Below are positions 21,378 through 31,506 of a stretch of 64,000 nt of DNA, piece after piece. The notes under the pieces were generated by a model. It saw nothing but the letters and a program-made list of their open reading frames with translations, was not told where the DNA came from and searched no databases. The stretch's first letter is position 1, and every line of letters begins with the position of its first letter. The stretch lies in the IMG/VR virus record IMGVR_UViG_3300033067_002106, positions 1-64,000 of that record; one strand, 5' to 3'. Source of the DNA: a virus. Lineage: Duplodnaviria; Caudoviricetes. A program made the position numbers and the translations under genes.

Positions 21378-21859
21378 TGATAGACTTAAATAATTTACAA
21401 CCACCATATGAACCAAAGGTTAAAAACCGTTTTGTTGTTACGCTACCCGAAGAACTCGGATTACCAAGTTGGTTGATTCATTCGACAGAACGACCAAGAT
21501 TCGGAACAAACGGATATCACCTCATACCAGAACCATTGAAGTTTGTTTTACGTGACCCAATTACTCCATCTACAACGCAAGCTGTTTGGGAATTGTTATC
21601 AGGACTTACAGATATTGAAGCCGGAACAGAAATCAACCCAGAATTAAAGATTGAACTTCAGAAGAAATATCAGAAATTCCAACAAGGATTTGATTATACA
21701 TTGGAATTATTGGACCCACTAGGTGTTGTTGTTGAAAAATGGACAATAACAGGGTGTAAATTGATACGAATCGATTTTGGTAACCTTGATTATTCAAATT
21801 CGGAGATGGTTGACATTACGCTAATATTCCGGCCAGTGAGAGCTTATCTTGAATTTTAA
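21377..21859 (+). CDS. Tail tube-like protein (T4 gp19 family)
   Basis: YEPKVKNRF, LRDPITPS, LLDPLGVVVEKW and DFGNLDYS motifs. Confidence 0.8.
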   Translation: MIDLNNLQPPYEPKVKNRFVVTLPEELGLPSWLIHSTERPRFGTNGYHLIPEPLKFVLRDPITPSTTQAVWELLSGLTDIEAGTEINPELKIELQKKYQKFQQGFDYTLELLDPLGVVVEKWTITGCKLIRIDFGNLDYSNSEMVDITLIFRPVRAYLEF

Positions 21860-21862
21860 TAG

Positions 21863-21887
21863 AAGAGACTGAAAAGTCTCTTTTTTT
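21863..21887 (+). terminator. Rho-independent terminator
   Basis: AAGAGAC/GTCTCTT stem followed by T run. Confidence 0.75.
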
Positions 21888-21933
21888 GTTTGTTTTTGTA
21901 TATTTATATTATATTAAAAGACCCTTAATTCAT

Positions 21934-22170
21934 ATGAAAATCAATGAAGAATTGACAAAAGCCGATGTTAACAAAGGTGTAGAAACCTATATGGGAACAG
22001 CCGAATTTAAGGCAAAGATTGAAAAAATTGTCAAAGATAGGATAAAGAACGACAAAGAACTTGAAGACAAAGTGGTTGAAATAACCAAAAACGTCTTAAC
22101 TCAGCTTTATAAAACGCTTTGGGTTAAGAGAAGCTTTTGGAAGAGTAGTTTATCAAATAGCGGTAACTAA
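21934..22170 (+). CDS. Hypothetical late protein
   Basis: MKINEE start downstream of TATTTAT at 21901. Confidence 0.6.
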   Translation: MKINEELTKADVNKGVETYMGTAEFKAKIEKIVKDRIKNDKELEDKVVEITKNVLTQLYKTLWVKRSFWKSSLSNSGN

Positions 22171-22171
22171 C

Positions 22172-23698
22172 ATGAAAAAAATTAAACTTACCAAGGAACA
22201 ATATGACAGGCTAGTCACCAAAAATATATTTGAATCATCAGATGTTAAAGGTGGGGTTAATAGGGTTAATACTACATTTAAGAAAGCATTTAACAAAGCT
22301 GACGTTCAAAATCTTGGTGAAGATGAATTTAATATTACCAGACCAATTGCTGGGCTTCCAAATACAAAAATGAACAAGACAAAGGAAATCCCAACACCTG
22401 AAGCGATTACTGAAGATATTTTTAGTCCCGATGTTCATAAAGCGGTACATGATGTTATTCAAAACATCTGGCTTAATCCATCACAACAGGGGTTGGATAA
22501 ATTTTTTGTTGAAAACGGAATTACATGGGGTGATATAATTAGTTATCTTACTAGTGTAGGAGTTGTTGCGGCTGTTGGAAACGGAATATATAAAGTAACA
22601 AATTACTTTAAAAGAAAATTTAGTGGTAATAAGCAAAAAGATATGCAGATGAAGATGGCCGATATTGAAAAGATGGCCAAGATGGTTGAAAAAGACCCAG
22701 AATCTCCATGGCAAAAAAAGGTTAGATTACAAAGCAAACCAGAAACAGGGTTTGAACCCAAGCCAAAATCATTTAATCCAAATGGTCGTAAGCCTATATC
22801 TAGTTATCCTAATCCAGCTTTACAAAACAAAGAAATGGAAGAAGCTAGTAATTATCCACCCGGAACTGAAGATGACCAATCAGCACCTTGGAATCAGGAT
22901 AGTTCAAACGTTGAGATTTCAAGTGCCAAAAGGATTTACAAACCTATTGTCATGAATTATGATATAGCGGTTCTAAATGGGCCAGATGGTGTGTATATTT
23001 TTTACTATGATGATATCGATAGAAGTGAAATACCAAACGCTGATTATGAGTTAACGATTGACGATTTGGTTGATTACGTAAATGAACATTCTGAAACAAT
23101 TAAAAAAGGTATAGGAATGGAGGGGTGGAATTCAGGTGCCGAACTAATTAAACTGGATGAACCACTCAGGGAAGAGCTTATTAAGCTTTATTCTAAGGAT
23201 AAAGAGTTAATGAAGGCCTTACAAAGACTTGAAGAGATGACCAGCGCAGCAAGCTCTGGTTCGTTTACAGGGCCATTCGGCGGAACACCAGACAAAAACC
23301 GTACAATGGGGTATAGTCCAGCTGAACAAATAGATGAAATGACAGCCGCAGGTGGTGGCGGAGCACCAGAAGTCGGTTCAAGTTCAACAGGCCAATATGT
23401 TCAACCAGCTATTTGGGCCAATGGTAAAAAAAATTGGAAAGCGGCTAAGAAAACACAATATCCGGGTGGAGAAATGGTAGATTTAGATTCTTGTACCAAA
23501 TTAAACAATAATAAATCCGCCCAAAATGGTAAATGTAGTACTGGAGCCGCTGATGGTGTTGTAAAAACACATAAAACCAATCAATCTGTTATTTCTAAGT
23601 CTGTTTATGAAGAAGTGGCTAAAAGAACGGGAAAAACAATAGAAGAAGTAGAGAAAATTATTAAAACAAAACAGGTTAAGGATAAATCTTTAAGATAA
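22172..23698 (+). CDS. Hypothetical low-complexity protein (possible internal head protein)
   Basis: 508 aa, repeated EM(T/E) modules, G/A/S-rich tracts. Confidence 0.6.
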   Translation: MKKIKLTKEQYDRLVTKNIFESSDVKGGVNRVNTTFKKAFNKADVQNLGEDEFNITRPIAGLPNTKMNKTKEIPTPEAITEDIFSPDVHKAVHDVIQNIWLNPSQQGLDKFFVENGITWGDIISYLTSVGVVAAVGNGIYKVTNYFKRKFSGNKQKDMQMKMADIEKMAKMVEKDPESPWQKKVRLQSKPETGFEPKPKSFNPNGRKPISSYPNPALQNKEMEEASNYPPGTEDDQSAPWNQDSSNVEISSAKRIYKPIVMNYDIAVLNGPDGVYIFYYDDIDRSEIPNADYELTIDDLVDYVNEHSETIKKGIGMEGWNSGAELIKLDEPLREELIKLYSKDKELMKALQRLEEMTSAASSGSFTGPFGGTPDKNRTMGYSPAEQIDEMTAAGGGGAPEVGSSSTGQYVQPAIWANGKKNWKAAKKTQYPGGEMVDLDSCTKLNNNKSAQNGKCSTGAADGVVKTHKTNQSVISKSVYEEVAKRTGKTIEEVEKIIKTKQVKDKSLR

Positions 23699-23728
23699 AC
23701 TGGGATATTTATATTAAAATACGACGAC

Positions 23729-25432
23729 ATGGATAAGAACATAATTAAAAAATACTTAAACGAGACCTTTGTATCTGAAGCATCAAAGTCAGAGGCCAAC
23801 GGGACACCTGCTATTAAGCTTGCTGGGAAACTAGCCAAGGATAATAAGAAGGTAAACAAGGATGGTGTTGAAGAAATTGGAAAGGATATGACAAAATATG
23901 AAAAATCCTTAACAAAATCTGATGCTAACGCTAAAACAATGGGTCAGAATAAATTTAATTATGCGGATGATGAGGAAAAGAAGTATCATGATGAAATGGA
24001 AATCATGAATGGGCAGGAGATGATTCAATACGACAGAACAGATGAAAAATTTAGAGAAAGAGCATTAGAAGCAATTGAAGGAAGCTCAAACATGGGAAAC
24101 AATTCAGAGTGGGCGAATGTTGTTGCTAAAGGCCAAGGTGGAGACCCAAAGTTTGGTAAAAACCTAGCAAAAAAGATAAAATCTTCAATTAAGAAAAGAG
24201 CAGAACAAACACCAACAACAAAAATGTTTGGTGATGACTGGGAAGTTACAAAAGGCGAGGGGCATAAAAAATATGCGCTTGAAAATGAAAATAAAAACAA
24301 ACCGAAAATAAAAGAATCTATGAAAAGACTCAAATTTAAAAAAGAATTTAAAGGTGTTGGAAACGCCCTTAAAATGATACCTGAATCATACAAGGTAGAC
24401 AACAAGGTATTTGAAATGACTGACGGAAACGAATCATACAAAGTACGTTGGGAAGGCAATCTTACCGAAGGTAAAGCAGTTATATTAATGGCAGCTGATA
24501 AAACAATGGTAAACGAAGACATTAAAAAAATGAAACACCTTATGGGTTACAAGTCTGAAGATACTCTTGGAACCGTCAAAGGTAAATCAAGAATTGATGA
24601 AGACAAAGCATTTGCTGATGTTTGGGCTAAGACCAAAAAAATCATGGAAAGCGAAGATATCGAAGACCAAGATGCCGAAAAGGAAGCACCATTCGATGAA
24701 GCAGACATCAAACAAGCACCAGAAGCTAAGAAGCACGTTCAAGGTTCTGTTTCAACAGAAAAAGGAACCAAAGCCCCTAAGCCAAAAGAAGGAGCATGGG
24801 AAGAAGCTGATGTAACTCAAGCACCAGAAGCTAAGAAGCACGTTCAAGGTTCTGTTTCAACAGAAAAAGGAACCAAAGCCCCTGCACCAAAAAATGGTGA
24901 ATGGGAAAAAGCAAAGAAAGGTGCCGCACCTGAAGCTACAAAAGATGTTAAAAAAAAAAGTCTAAGTGAGTCTGAATTAGACGATGATGACATAGATTCT
25001 GATGTTCCGGTTAAAAAAAGAGCTGATGCGTATGATGCAAGCCTAGATGTGGCAGACCCAGAAGACATGGCGCAATCAGTATCACCATCAGATATAGCTA
25101 AATCCACCAACGCACCAAAATTCGTAAATAAAGATGTTGATGGTGATGACGATATAGATATTGTTGATGTTGATGAACCAGCACAGCCCAACACTGAAAC
25201 AAAATTAGTTTCAAGTAAGACTAGACCGGGAGTGTTTGGTATCATGACAAAGGTCGGTGGTAAGGTTGTGGGTGTTGAAGATGTTCCCCCACAATATCTT
25301 GAATTAGCTAAAACATCACCAAACGCTGCCTTGGCTAAGATTAAGGCTGAAAAAAGAATGGCTAGTGTTACTGATGATGAAAGTTTAATGGAGGAAATTG
25401 ATAAACATTTTGGAATAACAAGAAAAAAATAA
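23729..25432 (+). CDS. Hypothetical K/E-rich protein with internal repeats (possible internal head protein)
   Basis: 567 aa; QAPEAKKHVQGSVSTEKGTKAP occurs twice; TATTTAT at 23706. Confidence 0.65.
   Translation: MDKNIIKKYLNETFVSEASKSEANGTPAIKLAGKLAKDNKKVNKDGVEEIGKDMTKYEKSLTKSDANAKTMGQNKFNYADDEEKKYHDEMEIMNGQEMIQYDRTDEKFRERALEAIEGSSNMGNNSEWANVVAKGQGGDPKFGKNLAKKIKSSIKKRAEQTPTTKMFGDDWEVTKGEGHKKYALENENKNKPKIKESMKRLKFKKEFKGVGNALKMIPESYKVDNKVFEMTDGNESYKVRWEGNLTEGKAVILMAADKTMVNEDIKKMKHLMGYKSEDTLGTVKGKSRIDEDKAFADVWAKTKKIMESEDIEDQDAEKEAPFDEADIKQAPEAKKHVQGSVSTEKGTKAPKPKEGAWEEADVTQAPEAKKHVQGSVSTEKGTKAPAPKNGEWEKAKKGAAPEATKDVKKKSLSESELDDDDIDSDVPVKKRADAYDASLDVADPEDMAQSVSPSDIAKSTNAPKFVNKDVDGDDDIDIVDVDEPAQPNTETKLVSSKTRPGVFGIMTKVGGKVVGVEDVPPQYLELAKTSPNAALAKIKAEKRMASVTDDESLMEEIDKHFGITRKK
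24713..24883 (+). repeat. Perfect 66-bp direct repeat, 105-bp period
   Basis: 24713-24778 is identical to 24818-24883. Confidence 0.9.
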
Positions 25433-25439
25433 CATTAAG

Positions 25440-25463
25440 AAAGCCCCACTTTGTGGGGTTTTT
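25440..25463 (+). terminator. Rho-independent terminator
   Basis: GCCCCAC-TTT-GTGGGGT stem followed by T run. Confidence 0.7.
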
Positions 25464-25511
25464 CATTTATTAAAATATTTATTTTTAATGGATTAGCCTT
25501 ATAATAATTGA

Positions 25512-25985
25512 ATGCTACAAAATAAAAAACATTTAGAGTTGTTAAGCTATATTAATACACCGATGAGTAGAGAAAGCATTCTATTACTGTTCACAAGTCA
25601 TAATATCAAATATGAAAAATGTGAACTTTACAATGATTTTATCCAATCACTTATTGTACTTATTTTCGATACATATATGGGTGATGATATAACCAATTCA
25701 GTGGAACAAAAAAATCACTTTAAATGGTGCTGGGAGAAGAATGTTAGCAATTTTAAAACAGAAGGTATCTATATTGATGGACAAAAGTTATACAAACATT
25801 TTCTAAGTTTTATGGTTGAACTCTATTACTCAGCCAGTAATAAGGTGGAAAATAGAATTATTCATGACAATATGTTTAGATATTGGGATTACATTTTTGA
25901 TTACAACAATACCAAAAGTAAGTCAGATATGGATAAACTTATTGAAATCTACAAACTCTTCGAAGCCTCAAATATGTCAAAATAA
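25512..25985 (+). CDS. Hypothetical protein
   Basis: 157-aa ORF. Confidence 0.65.
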   Translation: MLQNKKHLELLSYINTPMSRESILLLFTSHNIKYEKCELYNDFIQSLIVLIFDTYMGDDITNSVEQKNHFKWCWEKNVSNFKTEGIYIDGQKLYKHFLSFMVELYYSASNKVENRIIHDNMFRYWDYIFDYNNTKSKSDMDKLIEIYKLFEASNMSK

Positions 25986-26040
25986 TGCCTTTTAGGCTTG
26001 ATTTTTTCATTTCATTTATTATCTTACTGAAAATTCACTT

Positions 26041-26283
26041 ATGGATATTAACAGATTTATCAATGTGGTTATGTCAGACCTCTCACTTGAAAACCTAAAG
26101 CTTCAGGATAATCTTGAGGTTCAGATTAATAGTCAAGAACAGATTGAAACCAAAGTACTTAGGATTAAAACCCTACTAGAAAAAATAGTTATAAACGACC
26201 TTATGATATCAAAATTTAAATCATTGGTTGCGCCTATTATAGATAACAAAAACGAAAATACAGAAGACAATGGAAAAATTTAA
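26041..26283 (+). CDS. Hypothetical protein
   Basis: 80-aa ORF. Confidence 0.6.
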   Translation: MDINRFINVVMSDLSLENLKLQDNLEVQINSQEQIETKVLRIKTLLEKIVINDLMISKFKSLVAPIIDNKNENTEDNGKI

Positions 26284-26461
26284 TCAATTAAAAACCATCC
26301 TAACAGATATGACTGAGGACATGGAAAAATTCTACTCAAAGGGAAACAAATCAGCTGGTGTTAGAATCAGACAACAACTGCAAGACGTTAAAGCACTCGC
26401 ACAGGAAATCAGAAAGGAAATTTCTGAAAAGAAGAAAGAGAAAAAAGATAAAAACGACTAA
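26270..26461 (+). CDS. Small basic histone H1/Hc1-like DNA-binding protein
   Basis: KFYSKGNKSAGVRIR matches the GNK(A/S)AGxR motif of Bacteroidota Hc1-like proteins. Confidence 0.6.
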   Translation: MEKFNQLKTILTDMTEDMEKFYSKGNKSAGVRIRQQLQDVKALAQEIRKEISEKKKEKKDKND

Positions 26462-26462
26462 T

Positions 26463-26675
26463 ATGTTAATTGACATACTTAATAAGTTTCTCATGGTTTT
26501 GTTTTTTGTATCATGTTTAAATACAATAAGACATACCTATTACTTCATTCAAGCATGGTTTACATCAACAGATGATGAACCAGTTAAATATACCATTTCA
26601 AATAAATCATTATTTTTATTAGGAGTATCAATAGCGTATATTATAACCTCTATATTTACAGGAATAAAAATATAA
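26463..26675 (+). CDS. Small two-TM membrane protein
   Basis: Two hydrophobic segments. Confidence 0.6.
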   Translation: MLIDILNKFLMVLFFVSCLNTIRHTYYFIQAWFTSTDDEPVKYTISNKSLFLLGVSIAYIITSIFTGIKI

Positions 26676-26683
26676 ATTCAAAT

Positions 26684-27382
26684 ATGGCCAATTTACAACA
26701 AACACTAGATGCGTTACAACCTTATGTTGTTGGTATAAGATATTTAGAAAAACGACCAATCATCGACGTTGTGTTTAAGGACGGTTGGACAGTACTTGAG
26801 TCAGACTTAATTACAAAAGAAAAGGGTAGCCAAGAACTTAATTACTATATGGTATACAGTAACAAAGAAGGTATTGGACTCGATGAACTCTTATTATATA
26901 TTGAGGCGACAATCAAATTAAATATTGAACGAGAAAAGAAGCACGAACTACTTAAAGATAAGGTAAATGAATTAAAAATTCTTTTTAAAAAGACACCATT
27001 GGCAACATTGAAAAGATTAAAGTTCACATTCAATGAAGAAGAGCTGTTACCAGAAATAAATGAGTTTGATTTGGAAGAAAACAAAGACGAACCCGTTGCT
27101 GAAACTCAAACACAGGTAATTGAAGAAGACCAACCAGTCAACGAACCAGTAATTGTGCAAGAATTGGATGCGGAAGAACGTGAACTATTAGAAGAAGAAC
27201 AAAGGGCAGAAAACTTTAGATTATTGCAACAAAAAACTAAAAGTAACGGACAAATCAAGAAAATAAGCTCAACAGTCGAACTTCCCCCAAAAAGAACGAT
27301 AGAAGAAGTTGTATCACAACCAGATTGTGATTGTGCGCCAGATGAATTTTGTGATAAATGTATGGGGTATAAAGGCCTGTAA
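26684..27382 (+). CDS. Hypothetical protein with C-terminal Cys cluster
   Basis: CDC...FCDKC at the C-terminus. Confidence 0.65.
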   Translation: MANLQQTLDALQPYVVGIRYLEKRPIIDVVFKDGWTVLESDLITKEKGSQELNYYMVYSNKEGIGLDELLLYIEATIKLNIEREKKHELLKDKVNELKILFKKTPLATLKRLKFTFNEEELLPEINEFDLEENKDEPVAETQTQVIEEDQPVNEPVIVQELDAEERELLEEEQRAENFRLLQQKTKSNGQIKKISSTVELPPKRTIEEVVSQPDCDCAPDEFCDKCMGYKGL

Positions 27383-27706
27383 TTATTTATCAAATGCTCG
27401 TTCAAATGCTTCCTGAATAGTATGTGTTAACCAAACACCACCACTAGCAAATAATCCATGTAAGAATACTGATAATACCTTATTATCAACAGTAAGTGGT
27501 GTTGGAACATTTGATAAAATAAGAATGGTTGTTATGGCGAAGCCCATCCATGTACCAAGACACATGAAGCAAGTAAATAGTTTATGAAGGCTATACCCTC
27601 CCGTACCAAATTTAGCTAAATAATTTCTAAATCCCTCAAAGATTGACCCGAAAATAATGTTGTTACATGCTCCATAGCAAATCAGAATAAAAATAACTGG
27701 ATTCAT
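27383..27706 (-). CDS. Membrane protein with CxxC (DUF1360-like)
   Basis: Three hydrophobic segments, KLFTCFMCLGTW. Confidence 0.6.
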   Translation of the reverse strand: MNPVIFILICYGACNNIIFGSIFEGFRNYLAKFGTGGYSLHKLFTCFMCLGTWMGFAITTILILSNVPTPLTVDNKVLSVFLHGLFASGGVWLTHTIQEAFERAFDK

Positions 27707-27773
27707 ATGTTTTATTGTAATGATATTGATTTTTTTTAAAAAATCAATATCTTTAAACATATTTATTAATATT

Positions 27774-28001
27774 ATGGAAACACCAATACAAACCAATATT
27801 GAAAAAGAGCTGGAAAAAAATAAGCAATTGGAACATATTGAGAAATATAAAACGGCACTTAAAAAGGCTCAGTTTATAAATGAAATCAAGAATGGGTTGG
27901 GTAATGAAATCAAGGTAAATCCAAGTAAAATAAGATTTATAAAAAAACCTTGGCATAAAAGGCTTGGTCTGTTTCTTAAAAAAATATTTACAAAGTTTTA
28001 G
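27774..28001 (+). CDS. Hypothetical protein
   Basis: ATG at 27774 following a TATTTAT motif. Confidence 0.55.
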   Translation: METPIQTNIEKELEKNKQLEHIEKYKTALKKAQFINEIKNGLGNEIKVNPSKIRFIKKPWHKRLGLFLKKIFTKF

Positions 28002-28002
28002 T

Positions 28003-28254
28003 ATGAGTTACGATGATTTAATAACAACAATTACAGAAATTGTTAATAACGATTTGATTAAAAAAGAGGGTCTAACGCTTCAATATGAAGTAGGTGAAAA
28101 GACATTCAAACGGTTGAATGAATACTTTTTTTATAAATCAAATCCTCCTGATGCTGAACCAATTAGCGGCGAAATCTTTGAAATAGAAATCGATGGTTTG
28201 ATTGTCAGATTTGTCAAAAAATCGACTATTTTTAAAAAAATAGAAAAAAGTTAA
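28003..28254 (+). CDS. Hypothetical protein
   Basis: ATG 1 nt after upstream stop. Confidence 0.55.
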   Translation: MSYDDLITTITEIVNNDLIKKEGLTLQYEVGEKTFKRLNEYFFYKSNPPDAEPISGEIFEIEIDGLIVRFVKKSTIFKKIEKS

Positions 28255-28329
28255 GAAAAAATTTGCAAAATATCGTTTGGTGTCGTATATTTGTGGTCTC
28301 TATTCGTTTTTTCAACTAAAACATTTTCT

Positions 28330-29766
28330 ATGTCAACATTATTATCTGCTTTGCAGACCAAAGACCGTTTAACTGAAAACGGAATGTCAACCAATTCTTC
28401 ATCTCTGAACAATTGTGTTAATTTATTTTTCCAAATTGGTGCTATGAGAGGTAAAGATAAGCAATTGCTTATCAATGCTTTCGTTAAAGCATATAATGAA
28501 GATGCCTTGACAGCTATAAAGTTGTTATTTTGGGCTCGTGATATCAGAGGTGGTGCCGGAGAAAGAGAAATCTTCAGGAACATAATTAGATATCTTGCAA
28601 ATACACAGCCAGACTCTTTGGCTAAGAATCTATCATTAATACCTGAATATGGTAGATGGGATGACCTATTACAATTAGCTGGTACAAGGCTTGAAAAACA
28701 AGCGTTTGAAATCATTAAGAAAGGTCTTAATGATAACCATGGATTGTGTGCTAAATGGATGCCACGCCCTAACGTTGGTAACCGAGAAAGAAAAAGACTA
28801 GCAAACTCTTTAAGGAAATTCTTAGGTCTTACACCTAAAGAATACAGAAAACTATTGGTTGAAAAATCCAATACTGTTGAACAATTAATGTGTTCTAAGA
28901 ATTGGGGCGCAATTGAGTATTCTAAATTGCCATCTAAGGCTATGTCTGATTATATGAAGGCGTTTAGCAAGAATGACTTGGCCAGATTCCAAGCGTATTT
29001 GACTTCACTTGAAAAGGGTGAAACTAAAATCAATGCCGGTGCAATATACCCATATGATGTAACCAAGAACCTTAAGCATGGTGAGGCAAGAGGTGCTGAT
29101 GCACAGTGGAATGCGTTACCAAATTATATGGTTGGTAATACCGAAAGGTTATTACCAGTGGTTGACGTATCAGGTTCTATGAGTAGCAATTCAGCTGGTG
29201 GAAGCAAGTCAGTTACATGCATGGATGTATCAATATCATTAGGCCTCTATATTTCCGAAAGAAACGAGGGTCCATTTAAGGATGCGTTTGTAACATTTTC
29301 AGATTTTCCAGAACTTCAGTATTTGAAGGGTAAGTTGAGCGAAAGATATGTGCAATTATCCTGTGCAAGCTGGTCCATGTCAACCAATCTTGAATCAGTG
29401 TTTAAACTTATTCTTAGTAAGGGTAAGAGTGAAAATGTTCCACAGGAACAAATGCCAACAATGATTTTGATTCTATCAGATATGGAGTTTAATTCAGCCA
29501 CTAGAAGTAATTGGAATCCAACAGCACAAGAAATGATAGAAAGCATGTATTTAGAAGCTGGATACAAGATGCCTAAGATTGTTTATTGGAACCTTAATTC
29601 TAGAAACCAAAATGTTCCGGTTAAGTTTGATAAGCAAGATACCGCATTGGTATCAGGGTTTAGCCCATCATTGCTTAAGAGCCTGTTGAGTGGTAAAGAC
29701 CTCACACCATTGAGCATGATGTATGAAGTTATAAATAGTGAGCGATACGCTGCTATTACAGTATAA
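28330..29766 (+). CDS. TROVE/Ro60-like helical repeat + vWA protein (DUF2828 family)
   Basis: FWARDIRGGAGERE, YGRWDDL, MIDAS VVDVSGSM, ILSDMEF, IVYWNL. Confidence 0.85.
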   Translation: MSTLLSALQTKDRLTENGMSTNSSSLNNCVNLFFQIGAMRGKDKQLLINAFVKAYNEDALTAIKLLFWARDIRGGAGEREIFRNIIRYLANTQPDSLAKNLSLIPEYGRWDDLLQLAGTRLEKQAFEIIKKGLNDNHGLCAKWMPRPNVGNRERKRLANSLRKFLGLTPKEYRKLLVEKSNTVEQLMCSKNWGAIEYSKLPSKAMSDYMKAFSKNDLARFQAYLTSLEKGETKINAGAIYPYDVTKNLKHGEARGADAQWNALPNYMVGNTERLLPVVDVSGSMSSNSAGGSKSVTCMDVSISLGLYISERNEGPFKDAFVTFSDFPELQYLKGKLSERYVQLSCASWSMSTNLESVFKLILSKGKSENVPQEQMPTMILILSDMEFNSATRSNWNPTAQEMIESMYLEAGYKMPKIVYWNLNSRNQNVPVKFDKQDTALVSGFSPSLLKSLLSGKDLTPLSMMYEVINSERYAAITV

Positions 29767-29837
29767 AGATACTCTCCTTTGCTGAATTTGCTACTCAGCT
29801 GCCTTAAGGAGAATAATTTTGAGTAGCTTGTTTGTTA

Positions 29838-30010
29838 AAGATGTTTTCTGCAACCAAAAAAAAATCTAGATATCAATTGCAAACAACGTAGGTCTTTTAG
29901 TATTGTTTCTGCCTTTATCGCATTCTGGGGCCAGTTAATAGGATACCCAATTTGTACCTTACAGAAACAACCTTCATCACTGAGTTCGAAGTAAAAGCTC
30001 CCACATCTTG
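29838..30010 (+). ncRNA. Candidate structured RNA (closing stem + YCTGCAA motif)
   Basis: AAGATGT/ACATCTT closing stem, TTGTTTCTG/CAGAAACAA inner stem, followed by a terminator. Confidence 0.45.
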
Positions 30011-30028
30011 TAAATAAGCGAAAGAATT

Positions 30029-30055
30029 AAGGTCCGTAGAAATACGGACCTTTTT
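30029..30055 (+). terminator. Rho-independent terminator
   Basis: AAGGTCCGTA-GAAA-TACGGACCTT plus T run. Confidence 0.85.
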
Positions 30056-30113
30056 ATTTAAACTATTTACACTATCAAAAAAAACCAGTAGACTTACATA
30101 CTAAATCGAATAT

Positions 30114-30317
30114 ATGTATATATCAGTTAAGACTATTGACACACTTAAAAGCACAGTGCATAAGGGGCGACTAATTTCCGAATACATCATTTATGTGATG
30201 ATTGGAGACGTTGCAATTAAAGCCTATACAGAATATGGGTCAAAAGCCTGTGTTGATAGAATTGATGAATTAAAGAAAGAGTATAACATAAATGATGCCT
30301 TTTACGAAATAAACTAA
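30114..30317 (+). CDS. Hypothetical protein
   Basis: 67-aa ORF. Confidence 0.55.
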   Translation: MYISVKTIDTLKSTVHKGRLISEYIIYVMIGDVAIKAYTEYGSKACVDRIDELKKEYNINDAFYEIN

Positions 30318-30319
30318 TT

Positions 30320-30619
30320 ATGAACAACAAAACTGAACACCCACTTGTATTGGTCTTTTATTTGGACCGTTTACTCATGCAAAACACCGAAATAATCAAA
30401 ACCTTTGGTGAATCAATTAATCATATGATTAATGTTAAACAATTAAATGCTTTAGCTCTATTTATGCCAACAGACGATGAAGAAAGGGTTGAATGTATTA
30501 ACCCTGTTATTGCCACAGATGAACAAATGTCTGAAATAACAAAACTTATAAGCGATATTAAAAAACAATTCAGTGTCGGAGACGATACATCAAACATTCA
30601 ATCACCAACCCATGACTAA
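30320..30619 (+). CDS. Hypothetical protein
   Basis: 99-aa ORF. Confidence 0.6.
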   Translation: MNNKTEHPLVLVFYLDRLLMQNTEIIKTFGESINHMINVKQLNALALFMPTDDEERVECINPVIATDEQMSEITKLISDIKKQFSVGDDTSNIQSPTHD

Positions 30620-30800
30620 CGAACAAAAAGCAATTTATTACGATGAATTACTACGTGAAAGCGATAAGTTACAACGAATTAATTCTAAACTTAAGTCTGA
30701 ATATGTAACAGATATTCCCCCACATGTTCAGAAAATAATAGATGAAAACAATGGTAAGATTGCGTTATTGGTAACTAAATTAGAAAACCTATTACGTTAA
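30612..30800 (+). CDS. Hypothetical coiled-coil protein
   Basis: ATG at 30612 overlapping upstream gene end. Confidence 0.55.
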   Translation: MTNEQKAIYYDELLRESDKLQRINSKLKSEYVTDIPPHVQKIIDENNGKIALLVTKLENLLR

Positions 30801-31456
30801 GGTCTGGTTGACCGTCTTCTTATTTTGGTCATCGGCCATTTGGTGTGTTCATGAATAATTTCATACATTCTACTAACCGTTGCTGGCGTAGCTGTGCCCA
30901 TAAACATCAGACTTTTTATCTTCTGCTTTTTGGCAATCTTATTCAACACATGGTGTAAACGTTGAGCGTCTTCTTTACATTTACACACGACCATATCAAA
31001 TTGGTCTTCGTTATAAATGACGAGTTTATTATGTACAACAATGACTTGTTTTACCATTTTAGCTTTATATGCCCCGGAAACAAGACGCTTAACAACCTCA
31101 TTTATTGTTGGTCTATTGGCTTTTGAATTTAAACCAAATATCCAAAATGTCTCCTCTAATTGGTAATCACTTGAAGCCAAAATTGTCCAATCCCCAATAG
31201 GTTTTTCAACATATGTCTTCCCATAATCATCCCTTATTGTTCTAAATGTATCGGTTGGTTCTGTTGGTTTTATCACACAAATTTTATATTTTACTGGTTT
31301 GATTTTCAATGTGTTAACAAATTTTTTTGGAAATTTGATTTGTTTATTTTTTTCAATAAGATTGTGGTAATTAATAAATGATGTTTCCTTTGTTTTACAG
31401 GTGTGTAAGGTTTTTTTATATTTCCCGTTATATGTTAAAATTACTCTATAAATCAT
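30797..31456 (-). CDS. Hypothetical basic protein
   Basis: 219-aa ORF. Confidence 0.65.
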   Translation of the reverse strand: MIYRVILTYNGKYKKTLHTCKTKETSFINYHNLIEKNKQIKFPKKFVNTLKIKPVKYKICVIKPTEPTDTFRTIRDDYGKTYVEKPIGDWTILASSDYQLEETFWIFGLNSKANRPTINEVVKRLVSGAYKAKMVKQVIVVHNKLVIYNEDQFDMVVCKCKEDAQRLHHVLNKIAKKQKIKSLMFMGTATPATVSRMYEIIHEHTKWPMTKIRRRSTRP

Positions 31457-31506
31457 TTTTGGTTTTGTTTAATAATTTACGTATATTTGTAGCAAAATAA
31501 AGTGAA

